IMG/VR virus record: IMGVR_UViG_3300033153_001906
Span: 32,001 to 96,000 of that record
Length of the DNA stretch: 64,000 nt
From: a virus
Reading direction: 5' to 3' (one strand)
Position 1 is the stretch's first letter. Every line of letters starts with the position of its first letter. This document shows positions 18,785 through 31,018 of this stretch, piece by piece. The translations under genes and the position numbers were made by a program. The notes under the pieces are model-generated. The model saw only the letters and a program-made list of their open reading frames with translations. It did no database searches and was not told the DNA's origin.

Positions 18785-21700
18785 TTATTTCTCTGGATAT
18801 GCGTGTCGCATTTTCCCGACTTCCGCTTTTAGCGACGATGCATACAGGTGTGCAACTTCTCTATCATAGAATGTTGCGCTGAACGTGGACATTTCGTTGG
18901 GACACACGCCACAAGAGAATACGTCCCACGGCTCTAGTCCCTTTTTCCACTCAGTATGCCCCTGTAAATAGAAAAATGGCCGTTCATTGGCATCAATTTT
19001 TGGTACACTTTCACTGTCAACTGGTCGGAATTCAAGTTGAGTGTTGAGTCCACGCCAAGCTGTCACTATCGTTGGGCAATCGAGATGCTTGAGTCTAACA
19101 TTATATATTTTTCCATGTGCGCCTGCTTCAACATTTAGGTTTACTACCCAAACGTCGCGCAATCGCTCTCTTAGATCAGTGATTTGTTCAGGATATATGA
19201 CGCGGCGAGGCCAATCTGATTCGCCTTGATGAATTAGTTTGATTTTTGCTGCGTCAGATGGGTGTATGTCGGGGCCAGTCTGGACACGTAGGGGTTCTTC
19301 TGTTTCAAAGAGGGCAGCATTTTTAACAGCAGCAATGCTACCAATTGCTTCTTCTCGTTTCTTGTATAAGCGATTTATTTCTGGATCAGTTGTTAGCTTC
19401 CGCTTAAACGCATATCGTTTAGTAAACGTCTTACCCAATTTCCTCAAAATCTTCGTCCTCTGGTGCTACTTCCTGGATGTCATAGCGATCCATGATGTCT
19501 TTTATGCGACTCACAAGTGCAACATCACCCTCATATGAGCCAGTTGCGTAAAACATTTTCGCAAGGTCAGGAACCACATCATTCGGATCTGATGCAGGTG
19601 CAAGTTTTAGTAAGAACTTTATATCGTCCTTTACGTCTTCGAGGATATCTTTTGCCACGTTACTTCCTTAATTGTTTGTTGTTGCTAACCAATTTTCAAA
19701 TTCTGTTCTACCAGATTGCGTAAGAGACATTGTTACTATCTCCCCACCCTTTAACTTTCGTACTTCGTTATCTACGAATACTGAAAAACTATTAAAAGGT
19801 CGCAAGCAAAGCATATCACGTTGATGTCCGATGTATTCCAAATAACCTTCTTCGATTAATTCTTGTATCGTGTAAAAGTCACTATAGAACACAGTTTGTA
19901 GTACTTCACTTTTTCGTGAATCAGTAATAACTATTGCTGAATTTGTCCTCATTAAAAACTGTAATTCTGTTATACGGTCATTATCCATTATTATTTTCCG
20001 TTACATTCATAATTTATTTAGTATCTTCAAGCAAAAGTTGTATCAAAACAGATACACTACGCTGTGTTTTTCTCCTTGCATTGCCATAACCAATGCGAAA
20101 TTCTCTATTAACATCTTCTTTTATATACTCAACAGGGTCAGGATTCATGCTAACCTCGCCACCAAATACCGCAGCACCAGCTACAGTGCCAATTGCATCA
20201 GGGATGCTGTTTGCTACATTCTGAGTGCTTGCGCAACCAGTAAGTGCAATCAATGTTAAAATTATAACATAATTCTTCATTCTATGCAACCTTCATTATG
20301 TCTGCAATCACGATTACTTCACATTTTCTACGAAGTATTTTCCTGATTTTGCAAATATGTTCCATGCCATCATCAATTACTATAAACTCTAAGCCAACAC
20401 CCAAGATGAATAAGCTTTTGCATGTTTCGCTATTATCATCAAAGTCTTTGTGATAGCCGCGTGTTCGTTGCTTGTATGCGTTTGGTGTGCTACGCTTGCC
20501 CCACCATTTAATAGTCGAACAACGGTTAAGCCAATGTAAGCTAATGTGAAATTCAGTTGGCTCAACACCCTTCTTCACGTTTCGTGGCGGAGTCGGCCAA
20601 ACGTATCCTAGCATTCCTGATTTATATTCAACTGTTATCATCTTTAATTTCTACTATTTTCACGTTAGGTCTTGCTGTTCGTATTGCTTCAATCAATTCT
20701 TCTGGTGTTTCTCGCGCCAATGGACTTGCTGTACCAATCTTCTCTGCTCTACCATTGCATATCACAACACCGATGCCCGTTGTCAATAGCGTTCCATCGT
20801 TCTTGACAAAGCGCCAGCCGTCTGTGAATTTTCTGGCAGTATAAACGCCATTGTATCCATCGCCACTTGCGCTAACTCTCATCGACTACTTCCCAGCGGC
20901 CCAATCGTTTATCATGCCAATCATCTTTTCATTCAATTTGTGTGTATCATCAACTGCGTCGATGTTGAAGAAAATATTTGCGCCGAAGTGCCCGTTGTAA
21001 TCAACACGCGATACACCATCTAATACTTCCAATCGCGCACAGAGAGTTTCTTCCCACGTATCACATTCATCGTCACGCTTCTCTATTGCTAGATAATCTT
21101 TATCTTCAATTTCGTAGCAGTACGAGCGCATTGTTACGTTCAAGTCACCGATAGCCATTATCGTACCTTCGCATCAAAACGAATATCGTCAGAGCGAATC
21201 CACTCGTCCATTTCTGCAAAACCAGACTGGTAGACACCACCAATGCCGTGTCCTACCATGTGTTCAGTTCCCATGACTACATGCGGACGTATAATCGCAT
21301 CTGCTAATACCATCGTATGTGTTGCTTGTCCATCGTGCGCCCTGAACAGTTCTTTACCATTCGGATGCTTGAATTGAAAGACACCAGCAAACGTATCGTC
21401 GCCTTTGACGCATTGTGCAATTAAATTCAATGGAATCTTAACTGCATCTTTTCCCATCAGCATTTTCGTGTACATTTCTTCGTCCATTAATCCGTTCATT
21501 GTTAGCTCCCAAAACCCAAGTGAAGTTTATTTCCCTTCTTGTCTGCGCATTCAAGAAAGATGTGATGATCGTCACCACTGACATGAATGGCGGTATTCGC
21601 AAAGACTGCCAACTCTAGCCACGTTGGGTCAGTGATTGGATCGCTTTCGTATCTATTGTCTCCCCAACCACCATCGTATGCTATAGTGAATGTGCCCTTG

Positions 21701-23469
21701 TATGGAACTTCATCAAGGTTGTTAATTGGCATACCAACATCATCTGTTTCGTATGCAGAATAAGTGACTATGTGCGTATAAGATTCTTTTAACGCATTGA
21801 CGAATCGCTCTTTCTGTGTTCGACCAGGCTTAGTGATTGCTTTTTCGATTTGCGCTTCCATCTGATCGCAAATTTCGAAGTACACTTCATCATCATATTC
21901 TTCATGTATCATTTTCTACTTCCTTTTTCTTGCGTTTGTACATAGGCCCATTCGGGGTAAGTTCATAGTTCGGACACTCAATTTCAACGTGTTCGATTAT
22001 TTGTGGCAAGTCAAAATTGACTGTCATTGAACGCCAAACCTTCATGCCAAGTGTTGCACCTCGCCGAAACTTCCGCGAAGTTCTAATATCGTGTCTTGGT
22101 ACTTCTGTAAATGCAACTGTCTTCACTCTGTTTCATCTCCGTCTTTAAGTCTGCGAACAAACTTATCTTTTATGTTTTCTTTTACTGCCAAACTGTACTG
22201 TGCGAGTCTATACGCTCTCCAATTAGCCCTCCAGAAAAGGTTGTGTTCACTGTTACCAACCCATTTATCGGTAACAGGATCGAATATCTCGACTAGCCAG
22301 TTATGCAAGCATTCTTCGCGTAATGGTCTGACTCTCGTCCTCATTTGCATTCCTCTACTGTGAAGTGGAACGGGCAATCTTCCTCTTCATCGAAATTATT
22401 CGCTTGAATTTTACGATACAATATTATTTGTATATCGCCACACTTGATCTTATCAGTAAATGATCGCTTCGGCGTTATTTCCATCGTTTCAAGACGGTCT
22501 AACAGATCCTGCCATCCCATCATAACGCAGAGCGTTAGTAAATCTTTGCGTTTCCAAATTTCTTGTACTACCCCAAATTCTTCTTCTGGTCGCACACCAT
22601 ATTTTGAGTTTTTATCCTTCACAATATACTTCCAAAATCGAAGCGCGAACAGTAATCACCGTCGAGCCACCAAGCATACGCACAGCGGCCATATCATTCT
22701 TCATGCGTAGAACAATGCCAGTGCGAAGCGGCAAATACTCGGAAATGTAATCGAGATTGAAATGAACTATGTCGCCAACTTTCATTCTACGCCCATCGCC
22801 CTTAACTGATCTAAGTACGCTTTGTCAAATGTTAATGTCTTTGGAATGTCTGTCTTGCCACACTTGCAAGTACACCAGCAATTCCAAGTTTCCGTATTCT
22901 TGTCCTCTGAAACCTTCTTAACGCGCTCATCCGCAGTACACTTGTCTGCAAGATGTACACACGTAAATATGCTCTTTATCAGCATCTTGAGTGCGCGCAA
23001 TGTTTTCATATACGCATACCCAATGTACGTGCAAATCGTTTCTTTACACTAGTGCGCGCTGCATCTGCAATTGGATATATTCTTTCTGCAAGAAAATTGG
23101 TGAAAGTTCTTGCGTCGTGACCATACTGTTCTTTGTCAATAGACTTGCCAAGAAAAAACACTACGTCTGCAATGTATGTATCCTCTGAATACATATCAAG
23201 AGATTCATTGTCGTATTTCGCAAGAACCTCATTGAGTCTGCCAAGTGCAGCGCGTGTATCGAATTCTTCACTCATTATCCGCTGCTCTTGTTTGCATCGC
23301 CCAGCGTCTTGTCTGCAAGGTTCTTGTTCACGTAGTCACGATATGCCACAAAGAAGTATACCCAAATTGCAACTTCTGTATAACTGTAGAGGCCCCAACC
23401 AATAACTCCAAAGTAGCCAAGTGCCATCAACCAATCAAACGCAGTCATTGGATTAGAATAAAATCTCAT
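18785..23469 (-). CDS. Run of about 16 small hypothetical genes (18785..19447, 19431..19658, 19668..19988, 20014..20289 lipoprotein-like, 20282..20641, 20628..20882, 20886..21158, 21158..21499, 21502..21912, 21902..22126, 22123..22377, 22341..22622, 22612..22785, 22782..23009, 23006..23275, 23275..23469)
   Basis: Head-to-tail overlapping ORFs; LTGC lipobox in 20014..20289; KDKFVRRLKDG and KRSFTDKIKCG motifs. Confidence 0.6.
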
Positions 23470-23975
23470 TCGCTTCCCTCCACTACGGCGGCCAGTGGAT
23501 GATCTGGCAGGAGCCAGAGGGTTCCATTGATTCCATTCGGGTTGTCTGAATCTTCACCAACTGAAAACTCTTGATCGAAAATGGTCATGAGGGTGTGTTC
23601 ATCGCCACCAGCTAAGCCTGCGCCAATGAACGGGAAATGAACTTCTCTGCTTTCGATCATACCAGATGATGCCAAGTGTTTAGCACCACGACAGGCCTGC
23701 TCAACTGCATTGTAATCAACTTGAACAACGTCAGTTCCAAAAAATTCTTGTGTGATTGCATTTACGACTACGATATTGCGCTCGACAATGACGGGGATCA
23801 CTTCGCCAAGAATATAATTCGGCGCTTGGTCATGGTACTGTTCATAAGCAATCGGATATTTATCACGAATGATCTTCGCAACACCTGATCCCATTACGCC
23901 TTGAGCATTGCATCCATGCATGATGTAACCATCTGTGACTTCTGCAAACAAATCGCCAACTTTGACGTTATACAT
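23466..23975 (-). CDS. Macro domain ADP-ribose hydrolase
   Basis: GDLF..HGCNAQGVMGSGVA..FPFIGAGLAGG. Confidence 0.9.
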   Translation of the reverse strand: MYNVKVGDLFAEVTDGYIMHGCNAQGVMGSGVAKIIRDKYPIAYEQYHDQAPNYILGEVIPVIVERNIVVVNAITQEFFGTDVVQVDYNAVEQACRGAKHLASSGMIESREVHFPFIGAGLAGGDEHTLMTIFDQEFSVGEDSDNPNGINGTLWLLPDHPLAAVVEGSE

Positions 23976-24331
23976 TATAATTTCTCCAATGCAATTTCGT
24001 TCAACTGCTTGGCATACTTCGCCAAACGCGGGTAACCATTTTTGGCTGGCTTAGTCCACTTGGCAATCTGCCAATCAAGCAAGCGATTGTCACGCGCAAA
24101 CGTCTTTGCAGTAAGAGTTCCACTTCGCGCATCTGCGCCACTGAAACCCACGCCATTATTTTCGCGTGTGTCATTTGCACGTACTTCATCGTCTGTCTGA
24201 CGTTGCAGCAATGCGACTAGCGCACGACCAACAACAACTTCGACGTAACGAGCATTAGGATTACGCAACATCGTGCGAATCGTATCTCGCGTAACGAGTT
24301 TGCGTTGTCTCTTTGAATTGATAACTGTCAT
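23975..24331 (-). CDS. Conserved phage protein
   Basis: RQTDDE..NGVGFSGADA. Confidence 0.7.
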   Translation of the reverse strand: MTVINSKRQRKLVTRDTIRTMLRNPNARYVEVVVGRALVALLQRQTDDEVRANDTRENNGVGFSGADARSGTLTAKTFARDNRLLDWQIAKWTKPAKNGYPRLAKYAKQLNEIALEKL

Positions 24332-24684
24332 TAGATTACTCCACTTTCAGAGAATGAATAAACGCCACCCTTGCCACCAAGAATCAAATGATCGTGAATC
24401 TTGACGTTAACTTTCTTGAGTCGATCTTGAAGGCCGAACGTCAATTCCAAATCGTCTTTGCTCGGACGAACAGGGCCATCAGGATGATTATGCACAAGCG
24501 TAATCATTGACGTTTTGTTGTCAACAATGCCTTGTGCAATATCACGAAATTGAAAACCAACGCGAGTAGCAGTACCTTCGCCAATAATGCGAAAGTCTCT
24601 AACGCCAGTAGTGGAATGAAAGATAACGCCCATCAGTTCGACGGGCGAGTTCTTAATCTTGTCCAGAAATTCTTTGAGGGTCAT
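24331..24684 (-). CDS. RadC-like JAB domain protein
   Basis: LVHNHPDG..PSKDD..IHDHLILG. Confidence 0.85.
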   Translation of the reverse strand: MTLKEFLDKIKNSPVELMGVIFHSTTGVRDFRIIGEGTATRVGFQFRDIAQGIVDNKTSMITLVHNHPDGPVRPSKDDLELTFGLQDRLKKVNVKIHDHLILGGKGGVYSFSESGVI

Positions 24685-24715
24685 GTATGAGTCACTTTTC
24701 TCAGTCTATAGTAAT

Positions 24716-24744
24716 ATTATACGGTAGAATGAGGAGAAAGTCAA
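24716..24744 (-). promoter_or_regulatory. Sigma70-type promoter
   Basis: TTGACT-N17-TATAAT. Confidence 0.8.
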
Positions 24745-24761
24745 ATCTAAATCTCTTTACA

Positions 24762-24824
24762 TATCAATGACTTACAAGTTTTTTCCTTGTTTTATGGGAA
24801 TCAATAACTTATAAGTCTTTGATT
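24762..24824. promoter_or_regulatory. Three IHF-consensus sites (WATCAA-N4-TTR)
   Basis: TATCAATGACTTA 24762..24774, AATCAATAACTTA 24799..24811, inverted AATCAAAGACTTA 24812..24824. Confidence 0.6.
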
Positions 24825-24835
24825 TTATTTAGGTT

Positions 24836-27267
24836 TTACCACCCTTCGTCGCTGAATGTACGCCTATGCCCAATTGTCGCGCTACCATCGTCGGAGAATG
24901 CGTCCCCGTCAGCGACACGAACATAAAATACTGTATTTGAATCCCACACCTTTCTGGTTTCTGTTTCGGGAAACTTCAACTTTAGTTTGAATATATCTTT
25001 TTGACTACGTGTGCCAATAATCCATTTTGGACTGCTACGCTCCATGCATGTGCCATATGCAAATGTTGCGGACATGCTTGCGCACAAGTACATACGCAAT
25101 GCATTATCTGGTTCCATTGGGACTTCTACATTATTGATGATTCTTGGTTTATGACCAGGTATACACAACTTAACGAATTCTATTTCTTCCACAGATTGTT
25201 TCTGTGGTTGCCGAAAATCCCAACTATGCATCGGCTTGTCAAGCAATAAGAAACTAAAGCCATCGCCCCCGCTTATGTGTACATCAGAATGTAATGCAGT
25301 CCAGTCAGTCATACTTTTAGTTTCACTTTAAATAGATGCTTTTCAATATTCGCATCGGGTTCGTTTACTGTAATCATCACTTCGACACCATTTGGATACT
25401 TCTTTCTGTAGAAGCTGGGTGCATTACCCAAGGTCACTGTCCTGCCGTCGTCATATGATTCGTAGTTTTTTAATACTTTCTGTAAATTCTTTACACCCTC
25501 ACCCTTGATTTTCCAATTACCATATCCAAATTTTGTGTTAAACACAGAAGTAAGTGTACGAAATTGAGTAAAGCCAGTTAGAGTAAACTTACATGATGAT
25601 GTTTCACCATCATATTTTGGCACAGTCGGTAGCTTCGGCACCAGGATTATGTCGATCTCATTTAACTTGTCGTATATGTCGATTTTAGCTTTATCCAATA
25701 TGTGTTTGTTGCCACGCACCACACCAATATATTGTTTATCTCCCGACCTACTCTTGGGAATATTTGTGTTAAATTTACCATTTGATTCTATGTGTTTGGA
25801 TGTTAAACTCATCGCGTCACTGGAATCCCAACGGCGAAGAACCCGCGTATCAACATTAATTTCTCTAACCAAGTCGCTAACTCGTTTATATTCGTTTTGG
25901 GTTCTGTAATGAAATGAAATCTTCATAGTAGCTTTCCGCAACACATGCATTCACGAGGATCATCGCGGTTTGGATTTTTATCGCCATAATGGTACAAATA
26001 AACATGCTTTGAAACTGGTGATTCCTCACATGGCTTATCATTGTGTGAAATATAATCTTCTACTTCTAGTGTAGTCCAACAATGCATCTTGTCTGATAGT
26101 TTGGGTTTAAGTATTTTAATTAACAATTCGTTGGTTTGGTCTAGTCCTTCCCGATATTGTTTATAGTGTTCCCTGTATGTGTCATACATTTCTTGCGGGT
26201 CTTCACCATATTTTAGCCGCGCCTTGAACGCCACAAGTTGGGCCTTGCTTGCTTTTGGCTCTTTATCAGTCCAGCGTTTAAATAAACCCATTTGTATCAT
26301 TGTCCTTTATCTTGTCTACGAATACTTGTTTCTTGCGCCTTTTGAATGCGATTGTTCTGATGGTGAAGAATGGTAGTCCCAAAAATAATACAGCAGGCCA
26401 TAGTATAGACCCAACTGCTCCAATAAACCAAACTGCGGCCAGTACAATTAGCACAGGCCACCATGCCAAGAAAGTCAAATCTGTATCTTGTTTTCCAGCC
26501 TCTTTTACCTGCCCGATCTTCAAAGCTACATCAAGTCTGTTTTTAAATAGTTTTGTGTCTTTCTCAACTGTCCAGAATGCAAACTGTCCGTGTGTGACGT
26601 ATAGATGATAGTTAAATTTTAGTGAAGCTTGAATTCCGCCCACAGTGAGAATCAATGCCACTATTCCACACGCAGCAAGACAGCCTATCGCTCCCCATGC
26701 CCAAATCTGAAACAAGATTCCTTCTGCTACTGGTTCAGGCACTGGCGGGCCAGAGTATTGTACACCATCAACTTCATACCCGAATGCCAATACTGGAATC
26801 CATAGCATGACTATGATTAAGAAAACCCATTGCGCATTGATGCGTTTCATTTAGTATCCATATTTTAATTTGAGTTTGAATGCGCTTTTATCGTCCACGC
26901 GATAGACTGTTGGGCTATCTACGCTGGCTGCGATGCCAAATCCTTTCAATGCTACACAGACTTTTCCAGTGCTGCATTCGTGAGATTGGCTCCATGAAAT
27001 TAATTCAGCATTGCCATCGTAAATCAGGAAGCAGAATTGTCCAAACGGCACTGGCAGTCCATCAATGACAAGCAAATCATCGCGCACACTATAGAATCCT
27101 TCATCGTCCAGTTGTGAACGATCTACAATAAATGTGTTGGATTTGTGGTCTGCGTATAACAGAGGACATTGTTCATCAATATGAATTGACAAGGTGCGAT
27201 CATCGTCCATAACGTCGATTGTCGTATAAGCAGACGTATTAAGACATAAATTAGGAAAAGAGGCCAT
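24836..27267 (-). CDS. Five hypothetical genes, each with the FxxKLK motif (24836..25312, 25309..25950, 25923..26300, 26278..26850 membrane, 26851..27267)
   Basis: KDIFKLKLK, KHLFKVKLK, AFKARLKYG, KQVFVDKIK, KSAFKLKLKYG. Confidence 0.7.
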
Positions 27268-27293
27268 GATTACTCTAGTGTTAATGAGTTATC

Positions 27294-27322
27294 ATTATAC
27301 TACATGGTCAGGCGCGTGTCAA
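27294..27322 (-). promoter_or_regulatory. Sigma70-type promoter
   Basis: TTGACA-N17-TATAAT. Confidence 0.8.
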
Positions 27323-28743
27323 GTCCTTACTTGCTTGTCCTCGACACGTAAACCATTGATTTCTAGATATGGCGCAACATATTTGAAGAAATAAAACTCA
27401 GGGATGTAATAATATCCTTCAGAACAGGAAATCATCAGTTCGCGCACACCACTTAATCCCTGTCTTAGTCGTTGGTCTACCACCATAGATTCCGCTATTT
27501 CGCGGAATGCATCTACGCCAGAAATGGTGTCGTCCTTGTACCTGAACTTTTCACCATCAACATAGCCGCCCTCATCTGCTTTTTTGAAATGTTCCTGATA
27601 AGCGTCTAATATTTTATATGCATTTTTTAGTGGTTCTTGTTCGCCAAGGAGTTGTGCAATCCCATCCCAATCAATGGTGTTTCGTGCTGAAACTGAATCA
27701 TACGTATTGTACCAATCATCAATGAGTTCATGCCAAGTGTAATTGAAGTCGCCCATTGGAAAGAGAACATATACTTCGCCATATATACTTGCAGTACGTG
27801 CGCTACCTGATACAAAAATAGAATTATTTCTATTAGCAGTTCCACCTTTTGAGTTAATGGCAAGATTGAACACTGTGGTTATTGCTTTACTAGAATCTTT
27901 AGGTGATCGGTTGTCGCGGTAGGCTCGGTGAAATGGATAGTTTTCAGCCCGTTCATATCCACGATATGCCAGCTTTAATGGTTGACCAGATTCGCCAATA
28001 AAATCTTTCGCATCACGCAGAATCTTCATTGCAACACGCTTATAGTATTCAGCATCGTCGCCACCATGTAAACCGTCAACAACTTCTTTCCAACTATCTA
28101 CATCGCCTGGTAAACTATCTTGAGTATTGACTTCTTCTTCTACGGGCCATGATGTAGGCCGAGCATTGGGCGCATTCAAAAATTTGGTGACTACTTTTTG
28201 CGCATCTACAAAGTCATTTCCATCTTCACTGTTATCAACGATGAGCATGTTATGAAAGATTGACTGTAATGATCCAAGTTTGCCTTTTAGTTCCGCATGA
28301 ACGTTACGTACCCAATTACTATCTGCTTTGCGCCGACGTTCTTCGTTACGATCAAGTGCTTTGTTCAGTTCTGTGTTTACGAACACGGCCATTGTATCAT
28401 AGCCCATTTTCTCTAGATCATTTTTGATTTCGGTTAGTCGTTCAATCTTACGTCCAGTGCCATCAATAATCAATCCTATCCTGCCGCCCAGCAGTAAATC
28501 TAGTTTCTTCTGTGTGAGATTACCACTGTACTTGTACAGGTCATCATCGAAACCTTGTCCTTGGATACCTTGTCTGTCGCGTAGTAACTCATAGAATTCG
28601 TCCACATTCACTGTGCGCAAACCAGTGCCACCCGCAAGTTTTTTGGCTACATGGGTTTTGCCACTACCTGGCCCGCCAAGCATAAAGATAGCTTTGTGAG
28701 TGTGCGGATCGTTGCGGCCTTCGACTAGTTCGTACAGTTTCAT
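27319..28743 (-). CDS. Tagged two-domain protein: zeta-toxin-like P-loop kinase plus ART-like domain
   Basis: MKLYELVE; GGPGSGKT, VNVD, IIDGTG, ALDRNEER; VEEE junction; AYRG..SIFVSG..YGEVYVLFP..ELMI. Confidence 0.7.
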   Translation of the reverse strand: MKLYELVEGRNDPHTHKAIFMLGGPGSGKTHVAKKLAGGTGLRTVNVDEFYELLRDRQGIQGQGFDDDLYKYSGNLTQKKLDLLLGGRIGLIIDGTGRKIERLTEIKNDLEKMGYDTMAVFVNTELNKALDRNEERRRKADSNWVRNVHAELKGKLGSLQSIFHNMLIVDNSEDGNDFVDAQKVVTKFLNAPNARPTSWPVEEEVNTQDSLPGDVDSWKEVVDGLHGGDDAEYYKRVAMKILRDAKDFIGESGQPLKLAYRGYERAENYPFHRAYRDNRSPKDSSKAITTVFNLAINSKGGTANRNNSIFVSGSARTASIYGEVYVLFPMGDFNYTWHELIDDWYNTYDSVSARNTIDWDGIAQLLGEQEPLKNAYKILDAYQEHFKKADEGGYVDGEKFRYKDDTISGVDAFREIAESMVVDQRLRQGLSGVRELMISCSEGYYYIPEFYFFKYVAPYLEINGLRVEDKQVRT

Positions 28744-28748
28744 AAACG

Positions 28749-28756
28749 TATTTATC
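28749..28756 (-). promoter_or_regulatory. Late promoter (leaderless)
   Basis: GATAAATA 5 nt before ATG 28743. Confidence 0.7.
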
Positions 28757-28766
28757 TTGAAAACAC

Positions 28767-28793
28767 AAAAAAGCCCCGCGCATTGGCGGGGCT
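28767..28793 (-). terminator. Intrinsic terminator
   Basis: GCCCCGC/GCGGGGC stem followed by U6 on minus strand. Confidence 0.8.
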
Positions 28794-28817
28794 AGTTTAT
28801 TGTGCTACTATTTCTAG

Positions 28818-29345
28818 TTATTGTGCGAAACGTGCGCGCTTCAAACGCTCCATCAGTTCACGTTCCCACTTGTTGTACGTGAGGGTCAGCGGAGCAGTCT
28901 TGTTGTCGAACGTAATGCGAGTCTCCTCCAATAGATGATCGTAGACAACAACGTACTCATCATTCCACTTAGCTTCCCTCAGTGCTTGCACACCGTTGAA
29001 GATGCGCTCTGGCAGTATAGCTGCAACAGAAGTCAAGTTTCCGCCTTGCGACTCTTCCTCAGTGAAACCAACGAACGGAAAGTCGTTCTGGTGGCTCAGT
29101 ACTAGGCCATCTTCAAAGAATTGCAGCCAGCCAGTTACGTCTGCGAAAGCACCACCATTCAGACAAATGATCGTCTTGTGGTTCTGAACCCAATCAGACA
29201 CTTGTTCTGCGTATCCGTTCTGCCAGCCCGTTACGAGCAGGTACTTGCTGACAAGTTCCATAGAAGCATGACCAGACTGAATTCCCTGCTGTATTGAAGA
29301 CAGCATAAAGTCTGTAAATGTGTAACAACGTAGTTCTTCGTTCAT
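28818..29345 (-). CDS. Peptidyl-tRNA hydrolase II-like phage protein
   Basis: LSSIQQGIQSGHA..KTIICLNGG..FTEE..LTSVA. Confidence 0.55.
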   Translation of the reverse strand: MNEELRCYTFTDFMLSSIQQGIQSGHASMELVSKYLLVTGWQNGYAEQVSDWVQNHKTIICLNGGAFADVTGWLQFFEDGLVLSHQNDFPFVGFTEEESQGGNLTSVAAILPERIFNGVQALREAKWNDEYVVVYDHLLEETRITFDNKTAPLTLTYNKWERELMERLKRARFAQ

Positions 29346-29784
29346 GTTTTTTCCTCTGGTCGTTCTTGGTCAGCGCACACATCTAAATCTACAATATGTG
29401 CATAATATTTTTCCATACAAGTATTGATATACTGTATGATTTCCATTTGTTGCTCAATGCCTGGACGCTTAATACCCTGCATCTTGCTACTTTGAAAGCG
29501 CAGCTTAACTCTTAATGAATCGAGTTTCACCGTACTTTACTCCAAGCATCTTTGCTAAATGTACCAGTTTGACGAGGATCAAAGTCTTCCTCATCATTTT
29601 CAAGTGCGAGGGTGCGCAGCGTGTGCGTACCAATTTCAAGTTCACGTACTGCGAACTGTGCTACCCGCAGTTCTTTTTCAAGAGTGCGAATGCGCTCGTC
29701 TTTGATGTTAATGTCAACTTTTGCATCAATCAACTTGCGCTGCAATACGTCAATCTGATTGTTTAGTATTTCAGTTTTAGTCAT
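29342..29784 (-). CDS. Two small hypothetical genes (29342..29530, 29527..29784)
   Basis: Coupled ORFs; second is coiled-coil-like. Confidence 0.55.
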
Positions 29785-30624
29785 AATATTACCTCTTTGG
29801 CTAAAGTCCCATTTAGCCGCCTCTTAAATAACTCGTTATCAGTTATGTCTTCGCCCCACACATCGTAGTGTCTCAATGGGCAAGTCTTTCCCTGCTTCCA
29901 AAATGCTAGTGGTAGTTGCTCTAGCGCATCATCTGAGTAGCCATTATGCTCTCCCCAAATCATGTACAATTCTTTCGCTTTACCCTTCTCCACTTCGCAC
30001 GTTAAATTAAAAATCACTTCTTGAATGTCTGGTCGCATACCCCTTGCTCTGCCAATAAAATATTTCATAGATTATTCCAAGATCGTATCATCTGTCTTGG
30101 ATCACCACTAAGATCAACGTATCCATCTTCTGCTTTTCCTTGCAGAATCAGCTTGAACCAAACAGACTCAGTAATTTCTTTGCCATGCATTACAAAACTT
30201 GGCTCGCCTGGCATGGACACAGTGTTTCCAGTGTCGAACAGTTCTTGTCCGCGATCATTACCACACCACATTTGATAGAAGTCTAACGCATAATTTTCCT
30301 TAATGCGCTTTGGCTTGCTCTGTCTGTGTTCCATAAAGTAAATCATTTCCAAACCTTTTGCTCAATGTTTCCTTCCAATCTCTGTTTAAACAATTCGCTA
30401 TCGTTCCACTCTCTGCCTTCAATGAGAAGTCCCATGTGATGAACGTTGGTAAATTGACCACGTTCAAATAATCTTATCACACGCTCCTCAGATTCTTCAT
30501 TCTCTTTACCACTCAATTCGTACAAATATTTTGCTCTCTCATACGAAACTTCAAACCATTTGTTTTTCCCAAATCGAAATCCATCAATTCGTACTGCTCT
30601 AACTTGTCTCGCAAAATATCTCAT
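29781..30624 (-). CDS. Three tandem paralogous small proteins (29781..30068, 30065..30352, 30343..30624)
   Basis: M.YF..R start and G.E.T(D/E)..(L/W)FK..L.G end in all three. Confidence 0.7.
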
Positions 30625-30745
30625 ACTACGATTGGGGCCTTTCCTTGAAATACACGGATCCAATTCCAGATTCTAAGATCGCTGCCAGAATTCAAAATCT
30701 CATCGGGGCAACCATTTTCTTTTGCGTATGTTTTAAAGTAAACTA

Positions 30746-31018
30746 TCATTCGCTAGGGTTCCATATCCAAAGTCTGTGTTTCTTACTAGCTTTAAATTCT
30801 GCTGTCCATCCTGCTGGAACTGGCCCTTCTCGGCCTGCTCTACGTGCTGCACTTGCAGACGGGAAAATTCCCATTTCGCGCATCAGCGCACCCATTTCAT
30901 CTGATTCAGCGAAAAAGACTTGCTCTACGTTTCCATCAAGATCGCCAAACAGCGTAGCAACATCTTCTTTGCTCCACGCTGAATTCTTGATAATTACGTT
31001 TTCAACTGTCATTTCCAA
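30746..31018 (-). CDS. Small protein with S4-like helix motif
   Basis: LMREMGIFPSASAARRAG resembles S4 RNA-binding motif. Confidence 0.45.
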   Translation of the reverse strand: MEMTVENVIIKNSAWSKEDVATLFGDLDGNVEQVFFAESDEMGALMREMGIFPSASAARRAGREGPVPAGWTAEFKASKKHRLWIWNPSE

